Below are positions 46,010 to 54,055 of a stretch of 64,000 bases of DNA, piece by piece. Position 1 is the first letter of the stretch; each line of letters begins with the position of its first letter. Made by a program: the position numbers and the translations under genes. This DNA is from Candidatus Omnitrophota bacterium (GTDB lineage Bacteria > Omnitrophota > Gorgyraeia > Aquiviventales > Aquiviventaceae): positions 14,234 through 78,233 of the forward strand of contig JACPAY010000008.1 in assembly GCA_016180575.1 (NCBI GenBank), read 5' to 3'. Under the pieces are notes generated by a model. It did no database searches. It saw only the letters and a list, made by a program, of their open reading frames with translations, and was not told the DNA's origin.

Positions 46010-46857
46010 CCAAGCGGATCACGATCGCTGACCTCCAGGCGCGCAAGCGGCAGGGCGGAAAGCTCGCCATGCTCACCGCCTACGACTACCCCATCGCCAA
46101 GCTGGTGGACGAGGCCGGGGTGGACATGGTGCTGGTCGGCGATTCGCTCGGGATGGTGGTGCTCGGCTATGAGACCACGACCCCGGTGACGATGGACGAG
46201 ATGCTCCACCACGCCAAGGCGGCCCGGCGGGGGGTCTCGCGCGCGCTGCTCATCGGCGACATGCCGTTCCTCTCGTTCCGCGCCACGCGGGCCGACGCGG
46301 TCCGCAACGCGGGACGCTTCGTCCAGGAGGCGGGCTGCGACGCCGTGAAGGTGGAGTGGAAGCCCGGCATCGAGGACACCGCCAGGGCCATCATCGACGC
46401 CGGGATCCCGGTCATGGGGCACGTCGGGCTCACCCCCCAGACGGCGGCGAGCGAGGGCGGCTTCGGCATGCGGGGCAAGGATGCCGAGTCGGCCGCGCGA
46501 ATCATCGCGCAGGCGGTCGCGCTCCAGGAGGTCGGCTGCTTCGCGATGGTGCTCGAGTGCATCCCCGACGTCGTGGCCCAGGAGATCACCCAGCGCCTGT
46601 CGATCCCGACGATCGGGATCGGGTCAGGGCCTTTCTGCGACGGGCAGGTGCTCGTTACCTACGACCTGCTCGGCCTGTTCGACCGGTTCACCCCGGCGTT
46701 CGCCAAGCGCTACGCGGACCTCTCCCGCGTCATCCGGGAGGCCTCGGCGTCGTTCGTACAGGAGGTCCGGGCAGGGGCCTTTCCCGGCAAGGAGCACACC
46801 AGGTCCATGGCGCCCGACGAATACGACAAGCTGAAAAAAGGGACCGGGTACGAATGA
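46006..46857 (+). CDS. panB: 3-methyl-2-oxobutanoate hydroxymethyltransferase
   Basis: ORF 46006..46857 with a GTG start. MLTAYDY, LVGDSLGMVVLGY, VKVEW, GHVGLTPQ, IPTIGIGSG. Confidence 0.93.
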   Translation: MTKRITIADLQARKRQGGKLAMLTAYDYPIAKLVDEAGVDMVLVGDSLGMVVLGYETTTPVTMDEMLHHAKAARRGVSRALLIGDMPFLSFRATRADAVRNAGRFVQEAGCDAVKVEWKPGIEDTARAIIDAGIPVMGHVGLTPQTAASEGGFGMRGKDAESAARIIAQAVALQEVGCFAMVLECIPDVVAQEITQRLSIPTIGIGSGPFCDGQVLVTYDLLGLFDRFTPAFAKRYADLSRVIREASASFVQEVRAGAFPGKEHTRSMAPDEYDKLKKGTGYE

Positions 46858-46917
46858 GGGGACGCTTCTATTTTTCCAATCGGATGCGTCGGGGAAAAAT
46901 GGAAGTGTCCCCGGGAC
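46851..46917 (-). repeat. Family-1 hairpin repeat, copy f (reverse)
   Basis: CGAATGAGGGGACGCTTCTATTTTTCC-loop-GGAAAAATGGAAGTGTCCCCGGGAC. The panB TGA lies in the element end, and the next gene's ATG (46899) lies in the other arm. Confidence 0.8.
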
Positions 46918-47573
46918 GATATTATCCGCTCTTCGCAGACCTGGCCGGCCGCCGGTGCGTGGTGGTCGGCGGCGGGCTCATCGCACAGCGGAAGGTAACG
47001 ACGCTGCTCGGCTGCGGCGCGGCCGTGACCGTCATCAGCCCGACGCTCACAAAACGGCTGGCCGGCTATGCGCGCAAGCGGAGCATCCGCCACCAGCAGC
47101 GCCCCTTCCGCCCGTCGGACCTGGCGGGCGCATGGCTCGTCCTGGCCGCGACGGACGATCAGCGCACGAACACGCTCGTGTCCCGCTCGGCGGCGCGGCG
47201 GCGGATCTTCACCAACGTGGTGGACCAGAAGCCGCTCTGCTCCTTCATCGCCCCGGCGATCGTCCGGCGGGGTCCGCTCACCATCGCCATCAGCACCGGC
47301 GGGGCCAGCCCCGCGCTGGCCAAGCGGCTACGCCGAGAGCTGGGGGAACGGCTCGGCGGCGACTACATCTCAATGCTCCGGCTCCTCGCCGGCCTGCGGG
47401 GCGTGGCCAAGCGGCGGCTGCCAAGCTACCAGGACCGGAAGCGGTATTTCGATGCGCTGGTGGGGGGGCGCGTCTTTGCGCTCGTCAAGGCGGGGAAGCG
47501 GGGGGAGGCCCGGCGGACGGCGCTCGCCCTCCTCGAGCAGCGCGCGGCCGCCAACGGGAGACGGGCCTCATGA
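46899..47573 (+). CDS. sirC: Precorrin-2 dehydrogenase / sirohydrochlorin ferrochelatase (CysG N-terminal / SirC / Met8-like)
   Basis: In-frame ATG at 46899. YYPLFADLAGRRCVVVGGGLIAQRKV Rossmann motif; ISTGGASPALAKRLR. Confidence 0.82.
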   Translation: MEVSPGRYYPLFADLAGRRCVVVGGGLIAQRKVTTLLGCGAAVTVISPTLTKRLAGYARKRSIRHQQRPFRPSDLAGAWLVLAATDDQRTNTLVSRSAARRRIFTNVVDQKPLCSFIAPAIVRRGPLTIAISTGGASPALAKRLRRELGERLGGDYISMLRLLAGLRGVAKRRLPSYQDRKRYFDALVGGRVFALVKAGKRGEARRTALALLEQRAAANGRRAS

Positions 47574-47592
47574 CAGCGCCCGTGCCGCCCTC

Positions 47593-48039
47593 GTGACGGT
47601 CGTCATCCATACGATCTGCTCGCTCTTGAGCTACGGCGCGTTTTTGGCCGCGTTCGTCGCGGGGGTGCTGTTCCTCATCCAGGAGCGGCAGCTCAAGCGC
47701 AAGACGATGGGCGTCCTGTTCCGCCAGTTGCCGTCGCTTCAGGCGCTCGACCGGGCCAACTTCCTCGCCATCGGGATCGGGTTCGGGCTCCTGAGCCTCG
47801 GGACGGCGTTCGGCTTCCTGGGCGCCGGGCGGCTGCTCGGACGCTGGTGGACGTGGGACCCGAAGGAGTGCCTGACGGTCGCGATGTGGGGCTCGTACCT
47901 GGCGCTGTGGCTGGTCCGGCTGCGCGCCACCCTGCGGGGCCGGCGCGTGGCGCTGCTGTCCATCCTGGGGTTCAGCCTGGTGCTGTTCACCTTCATCGGG
48001 GCGAGCCGGCTGCTCTCCTCGTGGCACGCGTACCTCTGA
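47593..48039 (+). CDS. Cytochrome c assembly (CcsA/HemX-like) membrane protein, short form
   Basis: In-frame GTG at 47593 within ORF 47068..48039. Four predicted TM helices and a WWTWDPKE (WGxxWxWDxKE-like) motif. Sits immediately upstream of hemA, as Bacillus hemX does. Confidence 0.65.
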   Translation: MTVVIHTICSLLSYGAFLAAFVAGVLFLIQERQLKRKTMGVLFRQLPSLQALDRANFLAIGIGFGLLSLGTAFGFLGAGRLLGRWWTWDPKECLTVAMWGSYLALWLVRLRATLRGRRVALLSILGFSLVLFTFIGASRLLSSWHAYL

Positions 48040-49097
48040 TGCACATCGTGGTCGTGGGATTGAATCACCACTCGGCGCCCATCGAGCTGCGGGAGCGCCT
48101 CGCGTTCCCCCGGGACCAGCTGCCGGGGGCGCTGGCGCGGCTGCGGTCGGATGTCGGCCTGCAGGAAGCCATGATCCTCTCCACCTGCAACCGGGTGGAG
48201 ATCTACGCGGGCGTCCCCGAGCTGGACGGGACCATCGACCGGCTCCACCGGTTCCTCAGCGAGCATGGCCGCGTGGCGCCGGACGGCCTCGTTCCGCGCC
48301 TCTACAGCCTGAGCGAGCCGGAGAGCATCCAGCATCTCTTCGCGGTGGCGAGCGGCCTGGACTCGATGGTGCTGGGGGAGGGGGAGATCCTCCATCAGGT
48401 GAAGCGCGCCTACGAGTGGGCGCGGGGCGAGGGCGCGACGGGAAAGCTCTTCAACGCCCTCTTCCAGCGCGCGCTCAACGCGGCGAAAGCGGTCCGGGCG
48501 CAGACCGCCATCGGGCGGGGCTGCACGTCGATCGGCACGGTGGCGGTCACGCTGTCGGAGAAGATCTTCGGCAGCCTTGAGCGGGCCACGGTCCTGCTCA
48601 TCGGGGCGGGGAAGATCGGGGAGCTGGCGCTCAAGCGCCTGGCCGCCCGCGGGGTTCGCGAGATCCGGTTGATGAACCGAACGCTTGACCGCGCGGAAGA
48701 GCTGGCGTCGGGGTGTCGGGCGGTTCCCGTGCCGCTCACGGCGCTGCCCTCGCAGTTGCTGGAGGCGGACATCCTCCTGACGTCGACGAGCGCGCCCTCC
48801 TACCTCGTGGACCGCGGCGCGGTCGCGGCGGCGATGCGCGCGCGCCGCCAGCGGCCGCTGTGCATCGTGGACCTGGGGGTGCCGCGCAACGTCGATCCGG
48901 CGGCGGCGACTCTCGAGAACGTCTACCTCTTCGATATCGACGACCTGCAGGGCCTGGTCGATTCGACGCAGGAAGAGCGGCGGCAGGCGCTGGACGAGGC
49001 CCGGGCCATCCTCGCCGGCAAGGTCGAGCGGTTTTTTTCATGGCGGCGGGAGGAGATCTCCTCATGCTTGTGCTCGGGACCCGCGGCAGCTCCCTAG
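48039..49097 (+). CDS. hemA: Glutamyl-tRNA reductase (short C-terminus)
   Basis: In-frame ATG at 48039. VGLNHHSAPIELRERLAF, STCNRVEIY, GEGEILHQVK, LIGAGKIGELA. 352 aa, so the dimerisation region looks shortened. Confidence 0.9.
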   Translation: MHIVVVGLNHHSAPIELRERLAFPRDQLPGALARLRSDVGLQEAMILSTCNRVEIYAGVPELDGTIDRLHRFLSEHGRVAPDGLVPRLYSLSEPESIQHLFAVASGLDSMVLGEGEILHQVKRAYEWARGEGATGKLFNALFQRALNAAKAVRAQTAIGRGCTSIGTVAVTLSEKIFGSLERATVLLIGAGKIGELALKRLAARGVREIRLMNRTLDRAEELASGCRAVPVPLTALPSQLLEADILLTSTSAPSYLVDRGAVAAAMRARRQRPLCIVDLGVPRNVDPAAATLENVYLFDIDDLQGLVDSTQEERRQALDEARAILAGKVERFFSWRREEISSCLCSGPAAAP

Positions 49098-49966
49098 CGA
49101 TGTGCCAGGCGCAGATCGTGCAGGCGAAGCTCGAAGAGCGCCGGCCCGGATGCGCGGTGAGGCTCCAGACGATTGCGGCCCAGGCGGACAAGGACCCGGA
49201 GTTGCCGCTCGTGGCGCTCGGCGGCCAGGGGGTGTTCGTGAAGGAGCTGGAGGCGGCGCTGGGGGACGGGCGCATCGACTGCGCCGTGCACAGCCTGAAA
49301 GACCTGCCGCTCGATCTGCCGTCGACGCTGCGCATCGCGGCGGTGCTGGAGCGCGAGGAGCCGCGCGATGCGCTGGTGAGCCGCTCCGGCGGCTCGCTCG
49401 AGCGGCTGCCGGCTGGCGCGCGCGTCGGGACCTCGAGCCTGCGCCGGCAAAGCCAGCTGCGCCGCCGCCGCCCGGACCTGCAACTCCTGGAGATCCGCGG
49501 CAACGTGGACACCCGGCTGCGCAAGCTGGACGAGGGCCGCTACGACGCCATCGTCCTGGCCGCCTGCGGGCTCATTCGCCTCGGCCTTGAGGAGCGCATC
49601 ACCGAGTATCTGGGATTTGAGACGATGCTGCCCGAGCCCGGGCAGGGGGCGCTGGCGGTGGAGGCCCGCGCGGAGGACGGCGAGACGCTGGAGCTGCTCA
49701 GCGTCCTTGAGGATCCCACGAGCCGCGCCTGCGTCGAGGCGGAGCGCGCGTTCCTGCGCGCGCTGGGCGGCGGCTGCCGCGTGCCGATGGCGGCCTACGC
49801 CTCCGAGGCGGGCGGGACGCTGACGCTGGACGGCTCGGTGACCGCGCCGGACGGCAGCGCGCAGGTGCGCGGGACGCGCCAGGGGCCGATGACCGAGCCC
49901 GTCGCGCTCGGCGAGCGCCTCGCCCAGGACCTGACCGCCCAGGGCGCCAAACAGTTATTAGAGTGA
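49064..49966 (+). CDS. hemC: Hydroxymethylbilane synthase (porphobilinogen deaminase)
   Basis: In-frame ATG at 49064. LGTRGSSLAMCQA, GVFVKELE, AVHSLKDLP, GTSSLRRQSQL, RGNVDTRLRKL, GGCRVP. Confidence 0.93.
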   Translation: MLVLGTRGSSLAMCQAQIVQAKLEERRPGCAVRLQTIAAQADKDPELPLVALGGQGVFVKELEAALGDGRIDCAVHSLKDLPLDLPSTLRIAAVLEREEPRDALVSRSGGSLERLPAGARVGTSSLRRQSQLRRRRPDLQLLEIRGNVDTRLRKLDEGRYDAIVLAACGLIRLGLEERITEYLGFETMLPEPGQGALAVEARAEDGETLELLSVLEDPTSRACVEAERAFLRALGGGCRVPMAAYASEAGGTLTLDGSVTAPDGSAQVRGTRQGPMTEPVALGERLAQDLTAQGAKQLLE

Positions 49967-49967
49967 A

Positions 49968-50177
49968 GGAGGGGGACCAGGGAGCCCCGCCCAGCGAGGA
50001 AGGGGAGAACAGTGAGCGGGTACCTCGTGCGAGGCCGGAAGGCCGAGCACACGATGCATGAAACTGTCCGCAGCGTTCGAAAGGGGGAGACCAGCCCCGC
50101 CGTAGGCGGGGCGATAGGAGGGGGAAACCGGTTTCCCCCTCCTATGGAGCGTCCCTCGTCTTGACGATAGACGCGAC
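49968..50177 (+). other. Structured non-coding spacer upstream of tRNA-Arg, sharing two sequence blocks with the tRNA(CAT) upstream region
   Basis: Block A is GGAGGGGGACCAGGGAGCCCC (49968-49988). There is a perfect hairpin ATAGGAGGGGGAAACC/GGTTTCCCCCTCCTAT (50114-50155). It is followed by GGAGCGTCCCTCGTCTTGACGATAGACGCGAC up to the tRNA 5' end. Confidence 0.7.
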
Positions 50178-50250
50178 GCGCCCGTAGCTCAGCGGATAGA
50201 GCGCCAGCCTCCGGAGCTGGATGTCGTGGGTTCAAATCCCGCCGGGCGCG
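50178..50250 (+). tRNA. tRNA-Arg (anticodon CCG)
   Basis: Manual cloverleaf: acceptor GCGCCCG/CGGGCGC, D arm GCTC-AGCGGATA-GAGC, anticodon arm CCAGC-CTCCGGA-GCTGG, T arm GTGGG-TTCAAAT-CCCGC. 73 nt, CCA not encoded. Confidence 0.9.
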
Positions 50251-50271
50251 CTTTTTCGACACGGACTGGAC

Positions 50272-51783
50272 ATGAAGAAGGGAACCGTTTACCTCGTGGG
50301 GGCCGGGCCGGGGGATCCCGGGCTGCTGACGGTCCGCGGAGCCGCGCTTCTGCGGCAGGCGGACCTGGTGGTCTACGACCATCTGGTCTCGCCCAGGATC
50401 CTGGACCACTGCGCGCCGGGCGCGAAGCGGGTGTACGTCGGCAAGGAGGCCGACCGGCACCAGATGTCTCAACAGGCGATCAACCGGTCGCTCATCCGCG
50501 CCGCCAGGGCGGGACAGACGGTCGTCCGGCTGAAGGGCGGCGACCCGTTCCTGTTCGGGCGGGGCGGGGAGGAGGCGCTGGATCTTGTCCGCGCGAAGGT
50601 CGCCTATGAGGTCGTGCCGGGGGTGACCAGCGCGACCGCGGTGCCAGCCTACGCCGGCATTCCGGTCACCCACCGCGCGCTGGCCTCCTCCGTGGCGGTC
50701 GTGACGGGGCATGAGGACCCCGCGAAACCCTCGAGCGCCGTCCGGTGGGATCGGCTGGCGACGGCGTGCGACACCCTGGTGTGCCTGATGGGGGTCTCGA
50801 CGCTGGCGTCGATCGCCGCGCGGCTCATCCGTCACGGCCGGCCGACGGTGACGCCCTGCGCGGTCATCGAGTGGGGGACGTACCCGCGGCAGCGGACGGT
50901 CACCGGGACGCTGCGCACCATCGCGCGGCGGGCGCGCACGGCCCGCGTGCGCCCGCCCGCGGTGCTCGTCATCGGTGACGTCGTGTCGCTTCGCGAGCGC
51001 CTCGCCTGGTTTGAGGCGCGCCCGCTCTTCGGCAAGCGCATCCTCGTCACGCGGGCTTCCGATAGGGCCGCCTCGTTCGCGGAGCGGCTGGAGGCGCTGG
51101 GGGCGGAGGTGGTCCAGCTGCCGGCGATCGAGCTGGTCCCCGTGAAACAGAACGGCCTTTTCCGCGGCGTCATCAAAGAGATACGTAAGCCCGACTGGGT
51201 GTTCTTCACGAGCCCGGAGGGGATCGGGTGGTTCGCCCGGATGCTGCGGCCCCACCGCAAGGACGTCCGATGGCTGTCCGGCTGCCGCATCGGCGCCATC
51301 GGACCGAAGACGGCGCTGGCCATCGAGGAAGCCGGGCTCCATGTGGACTTCGTTCCAAGGCGGTTCAGCCAGGAGGGGATCCTCGAAGGCCTCCCGAGGC
51401 GCCTGCTCACCGGCAAGCGCGCGCTGATCCTCAGCGCCGCAGAGAGCCGGGATGTCCTCGAGGCGGGGCTGCGCGCGCGGGGGGCGCACGTGCGCAAGGT
51501 CCCCATCTACCGCACGGTCATCCCGGCGGCCCTGAGGGAGGGCGTCGCGGCGGTCGCGCGGCAGAGGTTTGACCTTGTCGCGGTCACCTCGGCGAGCTGC
51601 GTCGAGCACCTCATTCATGCGCTGCGGGCGGCAGGCCAGGGGCGGCAGCTTCGCCGGCTGCGGTTCGCCTCCATCGGGCCGGTCACCTCGCAGGCGGTCC
51701 GCGCGCGAGGGGGGCGTGTCGCCGTGGAAGCGAAGACCTCAACCATTGAAGGCCTGATCGACGCCATGGTACGGGCACGATGA
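50272..51783 (+). CDS. cobA: Uroporphyrinogen-III C-methyltransferase fused to uroporphyrinogen-III synthase
   Basis: In-frame ATG at 50272. VYLVGAGPGDPGLLT, VVRLKGGDPFLFGRGGEE, VPGVTSA (SUMT half), then a HemD-like half (ILVTR..., IGPKTA...). Confidence 0.9.
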   Translation: MKKGTVYLVGAGPGDPGLLTVRGAALLRQADLVVYDHLVSPRILDHCAPGAKRVYVGKEADRHQMSQQAINRSLIRAARAGQTVVRLKGGDPFLFGRGGEEALDLVRAKVAYEVVPGVTSATAVPAYAGIPVTHRALASSVAVVTGHEDPAKPSSAVRWDRLATACDTLVCLMGVSTLASIAARLIRHGRPTVTPCAVIEWGTYPRQRTVTGTLRTIARRARTARVRPPAVLVIGDVVSLRERLAWFEARPLFGKRILVTRASDRAASFAERLEALGAEVVQLPAIELVPVKQNGLFRGVIKEIRKPDWVFFTSPEGIGWFARMLRPHRKDVRWLSGCRIGAIGPKTALAIEEAGLHVDFVPRRFSQEGILEGLPRRLLTGKRALILSAAESRDVLEAGLRARGAHVRKVPIYRTVIPAALREGVAAVARQRFDLVAVTSASCVEHLIHALRAAGQGRQLRRLRFASIGPVTSQAVRARGGRVAVEAKTSTIEGLIDAMVRAR

Positions 51784-52838
51784 CACGAGGGCAGCGGCCT
51801 CGGCGCCTGCGACAGAGCGAAGCGCTGCGCGCGCTCGTCCGGGAGACCCGCCTCTCGGCCGAGCAGCTCGTCATGCCGCTCTTCGTGCGGGCCGGCAAGA
51901 ACGTCCGCGCGCCCATCCCCTCGATGCCGGGCCAGTTCCAGCTCTCGGTGGACCAGCTCGTCCGGGAGTGCCGCGGCCTCGCCGAGCAGGGGGTCCCTGC
52001 GGTCCTGCTCTTCGGGCTCTCGGCGCAGAAGGACGAGCGGGCCAGCGCCGCCTACGCAAAGGACGGGCTCATCCAGCAGTCGCTCCAGGCGCTCAAGGCC
52101 GAGCGCGTGCCGCTCCTGGTGATCACCGACGTCTGCCTCTGCGCGTACATGAGCCACGGCCACTGCGGCGTGCTCAAGACGCGGGGCGGGGGGCGGGGAA
52201 AGCCCAAGGCGAAGAAGCGGCCCGCGGCCAAGCCGGCGGCGGCCCTCTCGCTGGAGGACGGGACGGCCTGGATCGACAACGAGGCGAGCCTTGAGCTGCT
52301 CGCCAAGACGGCGGTCTCCCATGCGCAGGCGGGCGCAGACCTCGTGGCGCCCTCCGACATGATGGACGGCACCGTGGGCGCCATCCGCCATGCGCTGGAC
52401 TCGAGCGGGTTCGACCGCGTCCCCATCCTGTCGTACGCCGCCAAGTACGCCTCGACGTTCTACGCGCCGTTCCGCGACGCCGTGGATTCGGCGCCGCGGT
52501 TCGGAGACCGGCGCACGTACCAGATGGACACCGCCAACGCCGAAGAAGCGGTCCGCGAGGCCCGGCTGGACCTCGAGCAGGGTGCTGATATCGTCATGGT
52601 CAAGCCGGCCCTGGCCTACCTCGATGTCATCCGGCGCGTCAAGGACGCGCTGCACTGCCCGGTGGCCGCGTTCAATGTGAGCGGGGAGTACGCGATGGTC
52701 AAGGCCGCCGCCTCCCGCGGGTGGCTGGCCGAGCGGCCGGCGTGGTTCGAGATCCTGCTCGGGATCAAGCGCGCGGGCGCAGACATCCTCATCACCTACT
52801 GGGCCAAGGAAGCTGCGGCCCTCCTGCGCGAGCGATGA
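51780..52838 (+). CDS. hemB: Porphobilinogen synthase (Zn-type), with a Lys/Ala/Pro-rich internal insertion
   Basis: ORF 51780..52838. RRLRQSEALRALVRET, Cys-rich Zn site DVCLCAYMSHGHCG, SDMMDG, SYAAKYAS, active-site Lys context IVMVKPA. Confidence 0.93.
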   Translation: MTRGQRPRRLRQSEALRALVRETRLSAEQLVMPLFVRAGKNVRAPIPSMPGQFQLSVDQLVRECRGLAEQGVPAVLLFGLSAQKDERASAAYAKDGLIQQSLQALKAERVPLLVITDVCLCAYMSHGHCGVLKTRGGGRGKPKAKKRPAAKPAAALSLEDGTAWIDNEASLELLAKTAVSHAQAGADLVAPSDMMDGTVGAIRHALDSSGFDRVPILSYAAKYASTFYAPFRDAVDSAPRFGDRRTYQMDTANAEEAVREARLDLEQGADIVMVKPALAYLDVIRRVKDALHCPVAAFNVSGEYAMVKAAASRGWLAERPAWFEILLGIKRAGADILITYWAKEAAALLRER

Positions 52839-54055
52839 TCGCGGCCACGGACCAGCGCTCGGCGCTCGAAGAAGCCCGGCGCTACCTCGTCGGAGGGGTG
52901 AACAGCCCGGTGCGGGCCTTTCGCCACATCGGCGGGGAGCCGCTGCTCCTGCATCGGGCCAAGGGGGCCGAGGTCGAGGATGTCCAGGGACGGCGGTTCC
53001 TGGATTTCATCGCGGGCTGGGGAGCCATCCTCCTGGGGCACAATCCGCCCGCGGTGGTGGACGCGCTGCGGCGACGAGCCGATGCGGGTGTCCTGCTCGG
53101 GCTGACCCATCCGGCGGAGGCGGAGCTGGCCCGGCTCATCACGGAGGCGGTGCCCTCGGTGGAGCAGGTGCGGTTCACCGTCTCCGGAACGGAAGCCGAC
53201 CTGACCGCCGCGAGGCTGGCGATGGGCATCACCGGCCGAAGGGCCGTGCTGGCGTTCGACGGCTGCTATCACGGGCATGCGGTCCTCGCGCCGGAGGTGA
53301 TCCGCGTTCCGTATAACGATCCGGCCGCGCTCGAGGCGGCACTCCAGCGCCACGGCCAGCAACTCGCGTGCGTCATCGTGGAACCGGTCGCCGCCAACAT
53401 GGGCGTCGTGCCGCCTGAGCCGGGGTTCCTGGCGCGCGTCAGGGACCTCACCAGCCGGCAGGGCATCCTGCTGGTCTTCGATGAGGTGGTCACCGGCTTC
53501 CGGCTCGGCGCCGGCGGCGCGCAGGGATCGCTCGGCGTCACGCCGGACCTGACGGTCTTCGGCAAGATCATCGGGGGCGGGCTGCCCATCGGCGCCGTCG
53601 GCGGCCCCCGGCGGCTCCTGCAGCGCCTGGCGCCGGAGGGCGACGTGTACCACGGGGGGACGTTCGCCGGCCACCCGCTCAGCATGGCGGCCGGCATCGC
53701 TGCGCTCAGGGAGCTTGCGGCGCATCCGCCGTATGAGTCGCTTGAGCGGCGCTCAGGGCGGCTGGCTGACGGGCTGCTCCGCGAATCGCGCGCGCATGGC
53801 GTGAGCCTCCGCGTGAACCGGGCCGGGTCAATGCTCACGGTCTTTTTTGCCGACCGGCCCGTCCGGAACGAGGCGGACGCCAAGGCGAGCCGGCGGGACC
53901 GCTTCGCGCAGTGGGCGCGGGCGCTCCTTGCGCAGGGCATCCTCGTGCCCCCGTCGCCCTTCGAGGCGCTGTTCCTCACCACTGCCCACACCGACGAGCA
54001 CGTGGAGCGCCTCATCCGCGCCTCGGGCGAGGCCTTTCAATCATGGCACGAGTGA
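52835..54055 (+). CDS. hemL: Glutamate-1-semialdehyde 2,1-aminomutase
   Basis: In-frame ATG at 52835 with an ATGA overlap. GGVNSPVRAF, FTVSGTEA, FDEVVTGFR, PDLTVFGKIIGGGLP. Confidence 0.94.
   Translation: MIAATDQRSALEEARRYLVGGVNSPVRAFRHIGGEPLLLHRAKGAEVEDVQGRRFLDFIAGWGAILLGHNPPAVVDALRRRADAGVLLGLTHPAEAELARLITEAVPSVEQVRFTVSGTEADLTAARLAMGITGRRAVLAFDGCYHGHAVLAPEVIRVPYNDPAALEAALQRHGQQLACVIVEPVAANMGVVPPEPGFLARVRDLTSRQGILLVFDEVVTGFRLGAGGAQGSLGVTPDLTVFGKIIGGGLPIGAVGGPRRLLQRLAPEGDVYHGGTFAGHPLSMAAGIAALRELAAHPPYESLERRSGRLADGLLRESRAHGVSLRVNRAGSMLTVFFADRPVRNEADAKASRRDRFAQWARALLAQGILVPPSPFEALFLTTAHTDEHVERLIRASGEAFQSWHE

Noticed and set aside
48039-49097. Possible frameshift explaining the short HemA.
   Set aside because: No alternative frame continues the HemA C-terminal domain. 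hemC starts at 49064 in a different frame with its own conserved N-terminus, so the short form appears genuine in this sequence.
50017-50048. GGAA-tetraloop hairpin (GAGGCC-GGAA-GGCCGAGCA) resembling the SRP RNA domain IV apex.
   Set aside because: The flanking symmetric/asymmetric loop sequences (AGG…AGCA in the right register) and the rest of a 4.5S-like helix are not evident. No RNase P, tmRNA or 6S signatures were seen either.
50161-50166. TTGACG boxes 12-17 nt upstream of both tRNAs, as possible -35 promoter elements.
   Set aside because: A matching -10 would fall inside the mature tRNA. The boxes are more likely part of a conserved leader than a promoter.
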